Positions 46,645 through 56,371 of a stretch of 64,000 nt of DNA are shown here, one piece after another. The stretch spans positions 288,001 to 352,000 of the forward strand of contig CBDFLQ010000006.1 in the NCBI GenBank assembly GCA_965249275.1, in the 5' to 3' direction. The position numbers were made by a program, and so were the translations under genes. Origin of the DNA: Dehalococcoidia bacterium (GTDB lineage: Bacteria > Chloroflexota > Dehalococcoidia > Plut-88900). The notes beneath the pieces are model-generated. The model was not told the origin of the DNA. It searched no databases and saw nothing but the letters and a program-made list of their open reading frames with translations. Position 1 is the first letter of the stretch. Every line of letters starts with the position of its first letter.

Positions 46645-46948
46645 GCAACCTATTAACTCTACGCAACCCCGTTCGCAATTTCTCATATGCGGTCCCTCTC
46701 TCAATGAGACCGCACCACTCTAATCCCGGATGCTGAGGGGGTGTCCAATCCCCTCTCTGTCGATGGGAGAGGGCTAGGGCCGTAGGCTCGCCGAGGAGAG
46801 TGAGGGTGTTCCGAGTGAGCAAAAGGACAAAGCGTATAGTTATGCGAAATGCTCAACCCCCCAGGCACTGGTCATCCGACTCCTCATGGTGTAACTTGAA
46901 CTTCACCCGCATAGATTGCCCAATGGGGCTCAATAACAGGAGACAACG

Positions 46949-47695
46949 GTGAAGCTCAAAGACAAGGTTGTTATAGTCACTGGAAGCAGCAGGGGCATAG
47001 GCAAGGGCCTTGCAATCGGTTTCGCCAAAGAGGGCGCGAAGGTCATCGTCATGGCCCGCACCGACGCCCCCGGCCAGAGCAGGCTCCCCGGCACCATCCA
47101 CGAAACCGCAGAACAGATCAGAGCCGCAGGCGGCGAGTGCCTCCCGATACGCTGTGACCTTACCAGCCCGGAAGACCGTACTGCCCTCATCCAGCAGGTC
47201 ATCGACGCCTATGGCAGGATCGACGTCCTGATCAACAACGCCGCCATCATTCTCCACACCAGCGTCGCCGACACCAGCGTCAAGCGCTGGGGCCTAATGG
47301 CCGAGATCAACGTCCGAGCCCCCATCGAACTCTGCATGTTGGTCTTGCCCCATATGATGAAGCAGAAGTCAGGCTCCATTATCAACGTCACCTCCGGCGC
47401 TGCTCATGATCTTGAAGGCCTTACACTCTACGGTGCTTCCGACGCCGCCCTTGACCGCTTCACCCAGGGCCTCGCCCTCGAAATGAAAGACCACAACATC
47501 GCCGTCAACGGCCTCGATCCCGGCAGGGTGAAAACCGAGGGCGCCCTATTTACCTACCCCGAGGGCACCGACTGGTCCCAGTGGAAGGAGCCTGCCGCCG
47601 TCGTACCTTCCGCCGTCTACCTCGCCGCCCTCCCCGGCACCTCATTGACCGGCCGCATAGTAGAAACCGACTTCTTCGGCCAGTCCTGGCCCTAG
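46949..47695 (+). CDS. Short-chain dehydrogenase/reductase
   Basis: TGSSRGIG, NNAA, YGASD in place of YxxxK. Confidence 0.88.
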   Translation: MKLKDKVVIVTGSSRGIGKGLAIGFAKEGAKVIVMARTDAPGQSRLPGTIHETAEQIRAAGGECLPIRCDLTSPEDRTALIQQVIDAYGRIDVLINNAAIILHTSVADTSVKRWGLMAEINVRAPIELCMLVLPHMMKQKSGSIINVTSGAAHDLEGLTLYGASDAALDRFTQGLALEMKDHNIAVNGLDPGRVKTEGALFTYPEGTDWSQWKEPAAVVPSAVYLAALPGTSLTGRIVETDFFGQSWP

Positions 47696-47711
47696 CCCCG
47701 GCTCCAAGACC

Positions 47712-48596
47712 ATGCCGTCTCCAACCAGCGTCAGGACTGTCGTTGTTCCCGCTGCCGGGTGGGGGACTCGTTTCCTTCCCACCACCAAGGCCGTCCCCAA
47801 GGAACTCCTCCCACTAATCGATAAGCCGGTCATCCAATACGGCATGGAGGAGGCCGCCGACTCCGGTCTGACGCGCGCCGTACTCGTCACCTCTTCCGGC
47901 AAGAATGCCCTTGAGGACTACTTCCGTCCTCGCCCCGCGCTCAACGACTTCCTCGATTCGAAGGGAAAGTCCGACCTCATCTCCAGCGTTGCCCGCATCA
48001 CCTGCAATCTCGACATCACTTCAGTCATCCAGCACGAGCAACTGGGCCTCGGCCACGCCGTCCTCACCGCTAGCGAAGCCGTTGGCCCCGAGCCCTTCGC
48101 CGTCCTACTCCCCGACGACGTCATCCGCTCCCGCACCCCTGTCCTCCAACAACTTCTGGAAGTCTTCGACTCCCGGCAGGCCTCTGTCCTCGCCGTGCAG
48201 AGAATACCCCGAGACCGAATATCGGGTTACGGAGTCATCGAGGAAGAAGAGATAAGCCCCGGCCTCCACCGGGTCAAGGCCCTCGTTGAAAAGCCCCGCC
48301 CCGAAGACGCCCCCTCCGACTTGGGCATCGTCGGGCGCTACGTTCTTACTTCCACTATCTTCGAGGCCCTCACTGCGACCAAGCCCGGTGCCCTCGGCGA
48401 AATCCAACTCACTGACGCCATCGCCATTCTGCTGAAAAATGAGCCGGTATACGCCCTTGAATTTGAAGGTGACCGCTACGATGCCGGCAATCCCCTCGGC
48501 CTGATCCAAGCCTCGGTTTGCATGGGCCTCTCCCGCCCGGACATCGGCCCCAACTTGCGGGCCTTCCTCGCCCGCCTCGATCTCCCTAGCGGTTAG
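47712..48596 (+). CDS. galU: UTP--glucose-1-phosphate uridylyltransferase
   Basis: [40 protein letters not shown]. Confidence 0.95.
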   Translation: MPSPTSVRTVVVPAAGWGTRFLPTTKAVPKELLPLIDKPVIQYGMEEAADSGLTRAVLVTSSGKNALEDYFRPRPALNDFLDSKGKSDLISSVARITCNLDITSVIQHEQLGLGHAVLTASEAVGPEPFAVLLPDDVIRSRTPVLQQLLEVFDSRQASVLAVQRIPRDRISGYGVIEEEEISPGLHRVKALVEKPRPEDAPSDLGIVGRYVLTSTIFEALTATKPGALGEIQLTDAIAILLKNEPVYALEFEGDRYDAGNPLGLIQASVCMGLSRPDIGPNLRAFLARLDLPSG

Positions 48597-50433
48597 ACCC
48601 GTCCTGCTTTCCCACCTTGAGCACCGCCATAAACGCTTCCTGCGGAATCTCCACGTTCCCCACCCGTTTCATCCGCTTCTTCCCCTCGGCCTGCTTCTGC
48701 AGCAACTTCCTCTTACGTGACACGTCGCCCCCGTAGCATTTCGCTAGAACGTTCTTCCGAAGGGCCTTGATCGTCTCTCGGGCGATCACCCGGTTCCCGA
48801 TCGCCGCCTGTATAGGCACGTCGAAAAGCTGACGCGGGATTATGCCCCTAAGCGAATGTACCAACCCCTTGCCCCTCCGATACGCCTGGTCCGCATGCAC
48901 TATCAGCGAAAGCGCATCCACCGGTTGCTCGTTCACCAGGAGGTCCAGTTTAACCAGCGGTGCAGCCACGTACCCAGTTAACGAATAGTCCATCGATGCG
49001 TAGCCCTTAGTCCTCGATTTCAACTGGTCGTAGAACTCCAGCAGCATCTCGGCCAACGGCATCTGAAACTCCAGCGACACCCGTCCGCTCCCCCTCGACG
49101 TCCCATTTCCCTGCCCAGAGTTCAAATACTCCATCTTGGAATATTTCCCCCTGTGTTCCTGTACTAGCTCCATCACCGTGCCTATGAAGTTGTCCGGCGT
49201 TATGATCGTCAGGTTCAGCAACGGCTCCTCTATCGACTCTATATCCCCTCCAGGAGGCAGGTCCGTCGGACTCTCCACCAGTTGCAGACCGCCGCTTCTC
49301 AAGTTAACCCTGTACCCCACACTCGGCGACGTAGTAATTAGGTCTAGCCCGTACTCCCGTTCCAGCCGTTCCTGCACTATGTCCATGTGTAGCAGACCCA
49401 GGAAACCACACCGGAACCCGGGGCCAAGAGCCAGGCTCTCTTCAGGTTCGTAGGACAGCGAGGCGTCGTTCAGTGTCAGCTTGTCCAGGGCGTCCCTTAA
49501 GGAAGTGTACTCCCGCGTGTCGACGGGATACAGCCCTGCGAAAACCATCGGCTTCAGGGGCCGATACCCGGGAAGCGCCTCCGAGGCGGGTGTTCCCGCG
49601 CTGGTCAGCGTGTCCCCGACTCGGCACCTCCTCACCTCCTTCAGCCCCGTGGCTATTCCCCCCACCTCCCCGCTGCTTAGGCCAAGCACAGCCTTAGGCC
49701 AAGGCGTGAACACCGTAAGTTCCTGCCCTTCGAATTCTACCCCGTTCGACATCAGCTTCAGATCTTCACCACTCGAAACCTCCCCATCGAACACCCTTAC
49801 GTACGCGATCACGCCCTTGTAAGAATCGTATTTCGAGTCAAAGATCAGCGCCCGCAGCTGCCCTGAGCCGTTCCGCCTTGGCGGTGGCACCCTTTCGACA
49901 ATCGCGTCCAGCACGCCCTTCGTCCCCAGCCCCTCCTTCGCCGAGACCTGCAGCACTTCGGAGGCCGAGAAGCCGAGCGCATCACACATCTCCTCAATGA
50001 TCCTCTCCGGCTCCGCGTTTGGCAGGTCTATCTTGTTCAGTACCGGGATAAGTTCCAGGTCCTGGTCCAACGCCATGTACACGTTCGCAAGCGTCTGCGC
50101 CTGTATCCCCTGCGAAGCATCCACCACCAGCACGGCCCCCTCGCAGGCGCTCAGACTCCGCGACACCTCGTAAGTGAAGTCCACGTGTCCCGGAGTGTCG
50201 ATCAGGTTCAGTTCGTAGGCATTACCGTCCTCGTAATCGTACTGGAGCCGCACCGCCTTCGCCTTTATAGTGATCCCCCGCTCCCGCTCCAGGTCCATGT
50301 CGTCCAGCAGCTGTTCCTTCATATCCCGCGGCGAGATCGTGCCCGTATACTCCAACATGCGGTCCGCCAACGTAGACTTTCCATGGTCTATGTGGGCGAT
50401 GATGCAGAAGTTACGAATATATTCCAAGTCCAT
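48586..50433 (-). CDS. lepA: Elongation factor 4
   Basis: [41 protein letters not shown]. Confidence 0.97.
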   Translation of the reverse strand: MDLEYIRNFCIIAHIDHGKSTLADRMLEYTGTISPRDMKEQLLDDMDLERERGITIKAKAVRLQYDYEDGNAYELNLIDTPGHVDFTYEVSRSLSACEGAVLVVDASQGIQAQTLANVYMALDQDLELIPVLNKIDLPNAEPERIIEEMCDALGFSASEVLQVSAKEGLGTKGVLDAIVERVPPPRRNGSGQLRALIFDSKYDSYKGVIAYVRVFDGEVSSGEDLKLMSNGVEFEGQELTVFTPWPKAVLGLSSGEVGGIATGLKEVRRCRVGDTLTSAGTPASEALPGYRPLKPMVFAGLYPVDTREYTSLRDALDKLTLNDASLSYEPEESLALGPGFRCGFLGLLHMDIVQERLEREYGLDLITTSPSVGYRVNLRSGGLQLVESPTDLPPGGDIESIEEPLLNLTIITPDNFIGTVMELVQEHRGKYSKMEYLNSGQGNGTSRGSGRVSLEFQMPLAEMLLEFYDQLKSRTKGYASMDYSLTGYVAAPLVKLDLLVNEQPVDALSLIVHADQAYRRGKGLVHSLRGIIPRQLFDVPIQAAIGNRVIARETIKALRKNVLAKCYGGDVSRKRKLLQKQAEGKKRMKRVGNVEIPQEAFMAVLKVGKQDGSNR

Positions 50434-50442
50434 GTCTCTATC

Positions 50443-50826
50443 TCACCCCTGTGCAGACCCAGCCGCTTTTAGCCTTACCGCAGGCAGTCTCTTGAGACTC
50501 TGGTTGCGCGGGTCCACTTCGATGCCCACCGACTCTAGCGCCGTAACCCCAAGCAGCGGTTCGGCATCCGGGTCTCCGAATATAATAGTAGTCCCTGCGA
50601 AATCTCCCATGAACTCTATCTGACCAACCGTGACGTCCATGCGGCGTTCACTGCCATCGGCCAGTTCGTATATCCTCTGCCCCTTGGGTTCCAGACCTAT
50701 GGACTCCAGGCATTGCCGTGGTACAAGACAGTCGGTCGCGCCTGTATCCACCAGAAACAAACCCTCCCACGTCCTATCCGGCTCAGCCGGGTTACGAACT
50801 ACGGCTGTTACGTGCGTTACTCCCAT
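50443..50826 (-). CDS. Clan AA (retropepsin-like) aspartic protease
   Basis: LVDTGAT, LADG, EPLLGVTALE. Confidence 0.88.
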   Translation of the reverse strand: MGVTHVTAVVRNPAEPDRTWEGLFLVDTGATDCLVPRQCLESIGLEPKGQRIYELADGSERRMDVTVGQIEFMGDFAGTTIIFGDPDAEPLLGVTALESVGIEVDPRNQSLKRLPAVRLKAAGSAQG

Positions 50827-50966
50827 GTCAGATCAGTTCTCCTCAACCCTTGGATTTTCGATATCCTTGCTTCTACACTCAGAAATCAACTCAATATGGT
50901 GACGTGTAAACTCCCCCACGCCTCCGTTATAACACATACACATTCACTATGAATCCCTGAGTCTCT

Positions 50967-51764
50967 CTACGCCCCTCCCGTCACCTCTATCGTCGCCCCC
51001 GACACAAAGCTCGCCCCATCAGAACACAGAAACCCGATCACCGACGCTACTTCCTCCGCCCTCCCCACCCTTCCCACCGGTATCGAGCCCACCATTAGCT
51101 CCTTCTCCTCCTCCGAAAGAACCCTGAACCGCTCTGCTACCCGTGCCCCTGGCTCCGTCACTATTACGCCCGGCATCACTGCATTCACCGTTATCCCCCA
51201 GGGACCCAGGTCCTTCGCCAGCTGATTGGTCAGCCCTATTATCCCGGCCTTGGCCCCCGCATACGGCAGCCTGGCCGCCGACGGCCCCCTCGCCCCGAAT
51301 GCTCCCTTCGCAGATATCGAAGACAAGTTCACTACCCTCCCGTACCTACGTTCCTTCATCATTGGCGCCGCCGCCCTTGTACACAGGAACGCACTCTTCA
51401 GGTTGGTATCCACCACCCTTTCGAAGATCTCATCCGTCACGTCTTCTATATGATCGATCCCGACGTGTCCGCTCCCACCCGCGTTATTCACCAATATGTC
51501 GAGCCTCCCGAACCGCTTCAGTGTCCGGGCTGCCATCTCTTCCACTTGCTTCGTGGAGGTCACATCCACCTCCATAGTCATTACCCAATCCCCACGTGCG
51601 TCCAATTCCGCCATCGAATCCCGCACCTTGTCTCCTTGAAGATCTACCGCGCACACCCGACACCCACGTCCCAATAGCTCCGCCACCGTCGCCCTCCCGA
51701 TACCCTGCGCCCCACCCGTCACTATCGCAACTCTTCCTTCTAGGTCCCTTGGCTTGACTTCCAC
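50967..51764 (-). CDS. Short-chain dehydrogenase/reductase (FabG-like)
   Basis: TGGAQGIG, NNAG, YAGAK, PVGRVG. Confidence 0.9.
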   Translation of the reverse strand: MEVKPRDLEGRVAIVTGGAQGIGRATVAELLGRGCRVCAVDLQGDKVRDSMAELDARGDWVMTMEVDVTSTKQVEEMAARTLKRFGRLDILVNNAGGSGHVGIDHIEDVTDEIFERVVDTNLKSAFLCTRAAAPMMKERRYGRVVNLSSISAKGAFGARGPSAARLPYAGAKAGIIGLTNQLAKDLGPWGITVNAVMPGVIVTEPGARVAERFRVLSEEEKELMVGSIPVGRVGRAEEVASVIGFLCSDGASFVSGATIEVTGGA

Positions 51765-51836
51765 AGTTGCGTCCCCTCTCTATGCGTCCTGGTTAAGCGA
51801 GCCAACTATAATGTAACCCTAGCCAAGGGGGTAGCC

Positions 51837-52637
51837 TTGCGAGTAGATGTCCACACCCACGTCTGGCCCGAGACCATAGCCAAGACCGTAGAGCGCCATG
51901 CCACCGGCGTACTGCACTTGGACATGCCCTTCGATAACACTGTTCCCGGCCTTAAGTCCCACATGAATGATTCAGGCTGCGACAAGTCCATAGTCATGGG
52001 AATCGCTGAACGCCCCGACCAGGTCGCTCGGGTAAACGACTGGCTGATCGGCATCCAGGACCGGTCCATCGTATCCTTCGGTGCCATCCACCCCCGTCTC
52101 GAAGACAAGCCCGCCGAGATTCGGCGTATCCGCTCCCGCGGCCTGAAAGGGATCAAGCTCCACCCTATCCTCAACCGCTTCCACCCCGATGACCCCGCCA
52201 TGTTCCCCCTCTACGAGGAGATCGGCGACTCAATGGCCGTAGCCATTCACTGCGGCTCCATGCCTCACTTGAAAGATAAACACCCCGACTTTGCCGCCCC
52301 ACACCGGATCGCCAACCTCGCCCGCCAGTTCCCCAACCTCAAGATCATAGCTCTCCATCTTGGCGGCTTCTACATGCTTGATGAGGCCGAAGAGCAGCTG
52401 GTAGGCCTTCCTAATCTCCTCATTGACACCGCCTGGCCCCCGACCGTAAAGGAGCTCGCTCCTGACACCCTCATGAAGATCGTAAACAACCACGGTGCCG
52501 ACAAAATTTGCTTCGGCACCGACTTTCCATTCGCCTCTCAGACCTCAGACACCGAACACCTCTCCTCCCTTCCCCTCACACCCACCCAGCTCGATATGGT
52601 CCTCGGCAACAACGCCGCCGAATTTATCGACCTCTAA
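51837..52637 (+). CDS. Amidohydrolase_2 family protein
   Basis: DVHTH, GIKLHP, HCG, LHLGG, FGTDFP. Confidence 0.9.
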   Translation: MRVDVHTHVWPETIAKTVERHATGVLHLDMPFDNTVPGLKSHMNDSGCDKSIVMGIAERPDQVARVNDWLIGIQDRSIVSFGAIHPRLEDKPAEIRRIRSRGLKGIKLHPILNRFHPDDPAMFPLYEEIGDSMAVAIHCGSMPHLKDKHPDFAAPHRIANLARQFPNLKIIALHLGGFYMLDEAEEQLVGLPNLLIDTAWPPTVKELAPDTLMKIVNNHGADKICFGTDFPFASQTSDTEHLSSLPLTPTQLDMVLGNNAAEFIDL

Positions 52638-52661
52638 TCACAGCTTCTTCTCTGCGAAAGC

Positions 52662-52695
52662 AAGAGGGCCGGCGCCAATTGGCGCCGGCCCTCTT
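52662..52695. terminator. Terminator-like palindrome after solute-binding protein 1 (convergent junction)
   Basis: AAGAGGGCCGGCGCCA-AT-TGGCGCCGGCCCTCTT; homologous hairpin at 54559-54590. Confidence 0.75.
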
Positions 52696-52747
52696 AGAAT
52701 CTTCTGCTTATCTTTGTTCCGTCTAGCTTAACCGGTGTACCGGCTTT

Positions 52748-54130
52748 CTAGCTTCCTACGCCCTGCTGGTATTCCAGCCAGAGATCGGTCCAATCGCTGT
52801 TCTTCTCTCCGCTGTACTGCTCGCTCTCAATGATCGCGTACGGGGCATTAGAGGGCGATGTCGGCAGGGCCGGTCGTACCGCGTCGAAGCTCGCATCATC
52901 CTGGAAGCCGGCAGCCCTTAGGTTCGTGGCCCCATAGGTGATGAACTTGGAAATGTTGGCGTTAATTTCCGGATGTCCTGTCCAGGCTATGAACAGCTGT
53001 CCAAGCTCGAACGCCTCGGGGTTGGCCTCTTTCAGACCTTTCGCCATCACGAAGATGCCCGTGCCCACCAGGTGTCCGCACTCCCAGCAGATTGCTAGGG
53101 GAGCGCCTTCTACCTGGGCATTGTAGATCCTGCCATTCCACGCAGTGCACATGTCGTTGTCGCCGGAGATTAGCAGTTGCGGGCAGTCAGAACCCGTGTG
53201 CCAGAAGTGGTTGGGAGGATTCTCTTCCCAGAGCGCCAGCGCCTCTTGTACATCCTCATCGGTCGGTGCCCCGAGCCGCGTCCTCCACTCAGAGTTTTCC
53301 AGCCTGCTGGGGTCATTGGCTAGTAAGGCCGAGAACCAACTGCCTCTGTAGGCATCCCTTACACTTCTGTTGCCAGGGTAGGTCTCCCGGTCGAAGAAGG
53401 CGTCCCAGCTGGTGATGCTGCCTTCGGGGTAGACATCCGAGTTGTATGCCAGCACCGTTGACCAGGTGATTCCGCCGCCACCGGCGTACGGGGTGTTAAC
53501 CGTCTCTAGGTGGTTGCGGTTGTCCACTACGCTTTGGTCCATCGCTTCTAGTGCGCCGATCTTGATGTGGTTCCACAGTTCCCGTCCGCCCACGTCCATC
53601 ACGTGCCACTTGTAGTTGCCCGTGTCCACCATCACCCGAATTACTGCGTACTCCATCGGGCTCTCTTCAACGATATCAATCCCGAACTTCTCGCTGAAGG
53701 GGACTACGTAAGCCTGCCGTTGGGCCGCCTGGTAGGCGCCGCCCCAAGACGTGAACACGAAGCTTGCGCCTCGGTGTTTCTCGATCTCCGCCTCCAACTC
53801 TTCCAGGGTGGCGGGGTTCTCAGGAGTCCACTCAGACGGGCCCCTCATGCTCGTGTCATCCATGGCCTCTGGCGTCGCAGTGGCTTCCGGCATCGCATCA
53901 TCAGACTCGTCCGGCATTGCCGTGGGTTCCATCGCGTCATCCGGCTCTTCGTCATCCGCCATCGCCGTGGGTTCCGGCATCGCCGTCGGTTCTTCCATTG
54001 CTTCCGGCGTCGCGGTGGCGGCTTCGCCACATGCCGCTAGCACCAATAGTGCTACTAGAAGAATGCCGACAGCTGCGAGAATCCCCCGCTGCTTCGTCAG
54101 CCTCTTCCGCCTATACTTTCCGTCTATCAT
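52748..54130 (-). CDS. ABC transporter extracellular solute-binding lipoprotein (PotD-like)
   Basis: LAAC lipobox, EPTAM linker, SWGGAYQ, WNGRI; ATG 54130 follows AGGAG. Confidence 0.88.
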   Translation of the reverse strand: MIDGKYRRKRLTKQRGILAAVGILLVALLVLAACGEAATATPEAMEEPTAMPEPTAMADDEEPDDAMEPTAMPDESDDAMPEATATPEAMDDTSMRGPSEWTPENPATLEELEAEIEKHRGASFVFTSWGGAYQAAQRQAYVVPFSEKFGIDIVEESPMEYAVIRVMVDTGNYKWHVMDVGGRELWNHIKIGALEAMDQSVVDNRNHLETVNTPYAGGGGITWSTVLAYNSDVYPEGSITSWDAFFDRETYPGNRSVRDAYRGSWFSALLANDPSRLENSEWRTRLGAPTDEDVQEALALWEENPPNHFWHTGSDCPQLLISGDNDMCTAWNGRIYNAQVEGAPLAICWECGHLVGTGIFVMAKGLKEANPEAFELGQLFIAWTGHPEINANISKFITYGATNLRAAGFQDDASFDAVRPALPTSPSNAPYAIIESEQYSGEKNSDWTDLWLEYQQGVGS

Positions 54131-54400
54131 AGCTGCTCCTTGACTATTTCTTTGGGCCCAGTTTTTGCTCAAGCCTGATTTGTGGTTGCAGGCCTATCAC
54201 ATAGTTCCGATCCGATATACGAATAGACTCACCTCCAAATTTCAGGCAATGCTCTTGGATTTCTTGTGGAGAATTGCGGTCACCGTTAAAACGCCGACAG
54301 TGTTCCAAGTAAGGATGCAGTAAAAGTATAACGTCGCAGATGCTCAAAGACCAACTGCGGCGTTAATCAGGTTACCAAACTTATGTGATAATTGAGAGTC

Positions 54401-54428
54401 ATTATATATGAGCCAAACCCCTTGTCAA
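54401..54428 (-). promoter_or_regulatory. sigma70 promoter for solute-binding protein 1
   Basis: TTGACA-N16-TATAAT on minus strand; equivalent TTGACA-N18-TATCCT at 56241-56270. Confidence 0.65.
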
Positions 54429-54550
54429 GAGTCCCAAATTCCCCTTCCCTCCGAGCGCATACCGGGCAATCACTGGGATATCTGCCTATGGCCGTACGCA
54501 CTCCGTACCGAGCAATGGAGTTACTGCATGTGAGGTTGAATAAAGCACCG

Positions 54551-54590
54551 AAAAAGTCAGAGGCCCGGCGCCAAATGGCGCCGGGCCTCT
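54551..54590 (-). terminator. Intrinsic terminator after solute-binding protein 2
   Basis: 15-bp GC stem followed by a T-tract on minus strand. Confidence 0.78.
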
Positions 54591-54642
54591 TCGATTCTTC
54601 CGCTTGTCTTCGTTCCGTTTGGCCATCTGGTAGACCGGCCTC

Positions 54643-55959
54643 TTAGCTATCTACACTCTGCAGGAATCCCAGCCAGAGCTCGGCCCATTGGTCGTTGTAT
54701 TCGCCCGAATGCCTCTCGTTCTCTATCACGCCGTACGACACGTTGGCTTCAGACAACGGCAGGGCAGGGCGCACCTCGTCAAATTCCGGCTCACTGAGGT
54801 ACGGAATTGACCTCAGGTTGAGAGGTCCGTAGGAGATGTACTTCGACTGTTGTGCGTTGATCTGCGGCTGTCCCGTCCATGCAATGAACAGCTGCCCATT
54901 TTCGAACGCCAACGGGTCCGCTTCCTTCAGGCCCTTGGCCATTACGAAAGCGCCGGTCCCGATCAGGTGCCCACACTCCCAGCAGATGGCAAGGGGCGCG
55001 TCTTCCTGCTTCTGTGCATCGTAGATCCTGCCATTCCACGCCGTGCAGATGTCCACCTCGCCGCTGATCAGCAGCTGTGGGCAGTCCGATCCCGTGTGCC
55101 AGAAGTGGTCGGGAGGATTCGCTTCCCAATATGCCAGCGCTTCTTGCACGTCTTCCTCGTTCGGCGCTCCCAGACGCTTCTTGAGTTCGGTATCATCGTA
55201 CCAGTCTGGATGCAGTACTGAGAGGGCCACAAACCAGCTGGCTCTGTAGGCGTCTCTCACGCTCCGGCGGCCGGGGAAGCTCTCCCTGTCGAAATAGTCC
55301 GCCCAGGTCGTGATGCTGCCCTCGGGGTAGCTGTCGGTGTTGTAGGCCAGCACAGTGGACCAGGTTATTCCGCCGCCACCACCGTATGTCGGGTTCGGGT
55401 GGTTCCTTACCGAGTCCACGTGGTTTCTAGTGTCAACCACGCTCTTGTCCAACTCTTCCAGGCTGCCAATCTTGATCTCTGCCCACAGTGCCCGTCCGCC
55501 AACGTCCATGACGTTCCATTTGTAGTTGCCGGTCTCTACCATAGCGCGGATTACCGGGTACTCCATGGGGCTCTCTTCAACTACGTCGATTCCAAACTGC
55601 TGCTCGTAAGGTTCAATGTATGCCTGGCGCTGGGCAGACTGGTAGGCGCCGCCCCACGACGTGAACACAAAGCTCTCGCCTCGGTGCTTCTCAATCTCCG
55701 CCTCCAGTTCTTCGAACGTGACAGGCTCCTCCTCAGTCCACTCTGACCGCGGTCTCAGGCCCGTGTCCGGCATCGCCGTCGGTTCGTCAGCCATCGCCGT
55801 CGGTTCCGGCATCGCTGTGGGCTCTTCCGTTGCCTCCGGCGTCGCCGTAGCAGCTTCGCCGCACGCCGCGAGGACCATCAGCGCTACTAGAAGGATACTC
55901 AGTCCGGCAAGGACTCCCCTCCGTTTCTTAAACCTCTTAATCCCATATCTCGCATTCAT
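54643..55959 (-). CDS. ABC transporter extracellular solute-binding lipoprotein, tandem paralog
   Basis: Long identical blocks with 52748-54130 (FVFTSWGGAYQ, GGGITWSTVLAYN, FWHTGSDCPQLLISG, ICWECGH). Confidence 0.9.
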   Translation of the reverse strand: MNARYGIKRFKKRRGVLAGLSILLVALMVLAACGEAATATPEATEEPTAMPEPTAMADEPTAMPDTGLRPRSEWTEEEPVTFEELEAEIEKHRGESFVFTSWGGAYQSAQRQAYIEPYEQQFGIDVVEESPMEYPVIRAMVETGNYKWNVMDVGGRALWAEIKIGSLEELDKSVVDTRNHVDSVRNHPNPTYGGGGGITWSTVLAYNTDSYPEGSITTWADYFDRESFPGRRSVRDAYRASWFVALSVLHPDWYDDTELKKRLGAPNEEDVQEALAYWEANPPDHFWHTGSDCPQLLISGEVDICTAWNGRIYDAQKQEDAPLAICWECGHLIGTGAFVMAKGLKEADPLAFENGQLFIAWTGQPQINAQQSKYISYGPLNLRSIPYLSEPEFDEVRPALPLSEANVSYGVIENERHSGEYNDQWAELWLGFLQSVDS

Positions 55960-56371
55960 GGTTATTACTCCTTGCCTATTCCTTTGGGCTTATCAACTAG
56001 CGCACATTAAATTACGTCTAAGAAACGTTACACTATTTTGCGTTCGCCTCAAGAAAAGACTCACCTCCAAAAGTCTTGCGAAACATCTGAGTACTAACAA
56101 CCCATTGCAATTTCTGCCGGAAAAGCCGCTGCCCTTTAAGGGTAAATGGGGTTATATACAGATAACGTCGCAGAAGTAAAAAAGTTACCTGCGGCGCTGG
56201 GACAGATCGCACTGGGTTATCCAGGTAATAGCGGAATTTTAGGATATAGCCGTGTCGAGCCTCTTGTCAAGGAGCACTCCGCTATAGGCAAATATAGCCC
56301 TGTGTTTGGCCCCATTGCCAATCATCTTCTTGCCCGCTTACAAGGCCAGAGTTTATATTGGCGCCGAAGAG

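Noticed and set aside
53845-54030. Tandem repeats encoding EPTAM(P/A) in the solute-binding proteins
   Set aside because: Ordinary flexible lipoprotein linker, also seen in other lipoproteins here.
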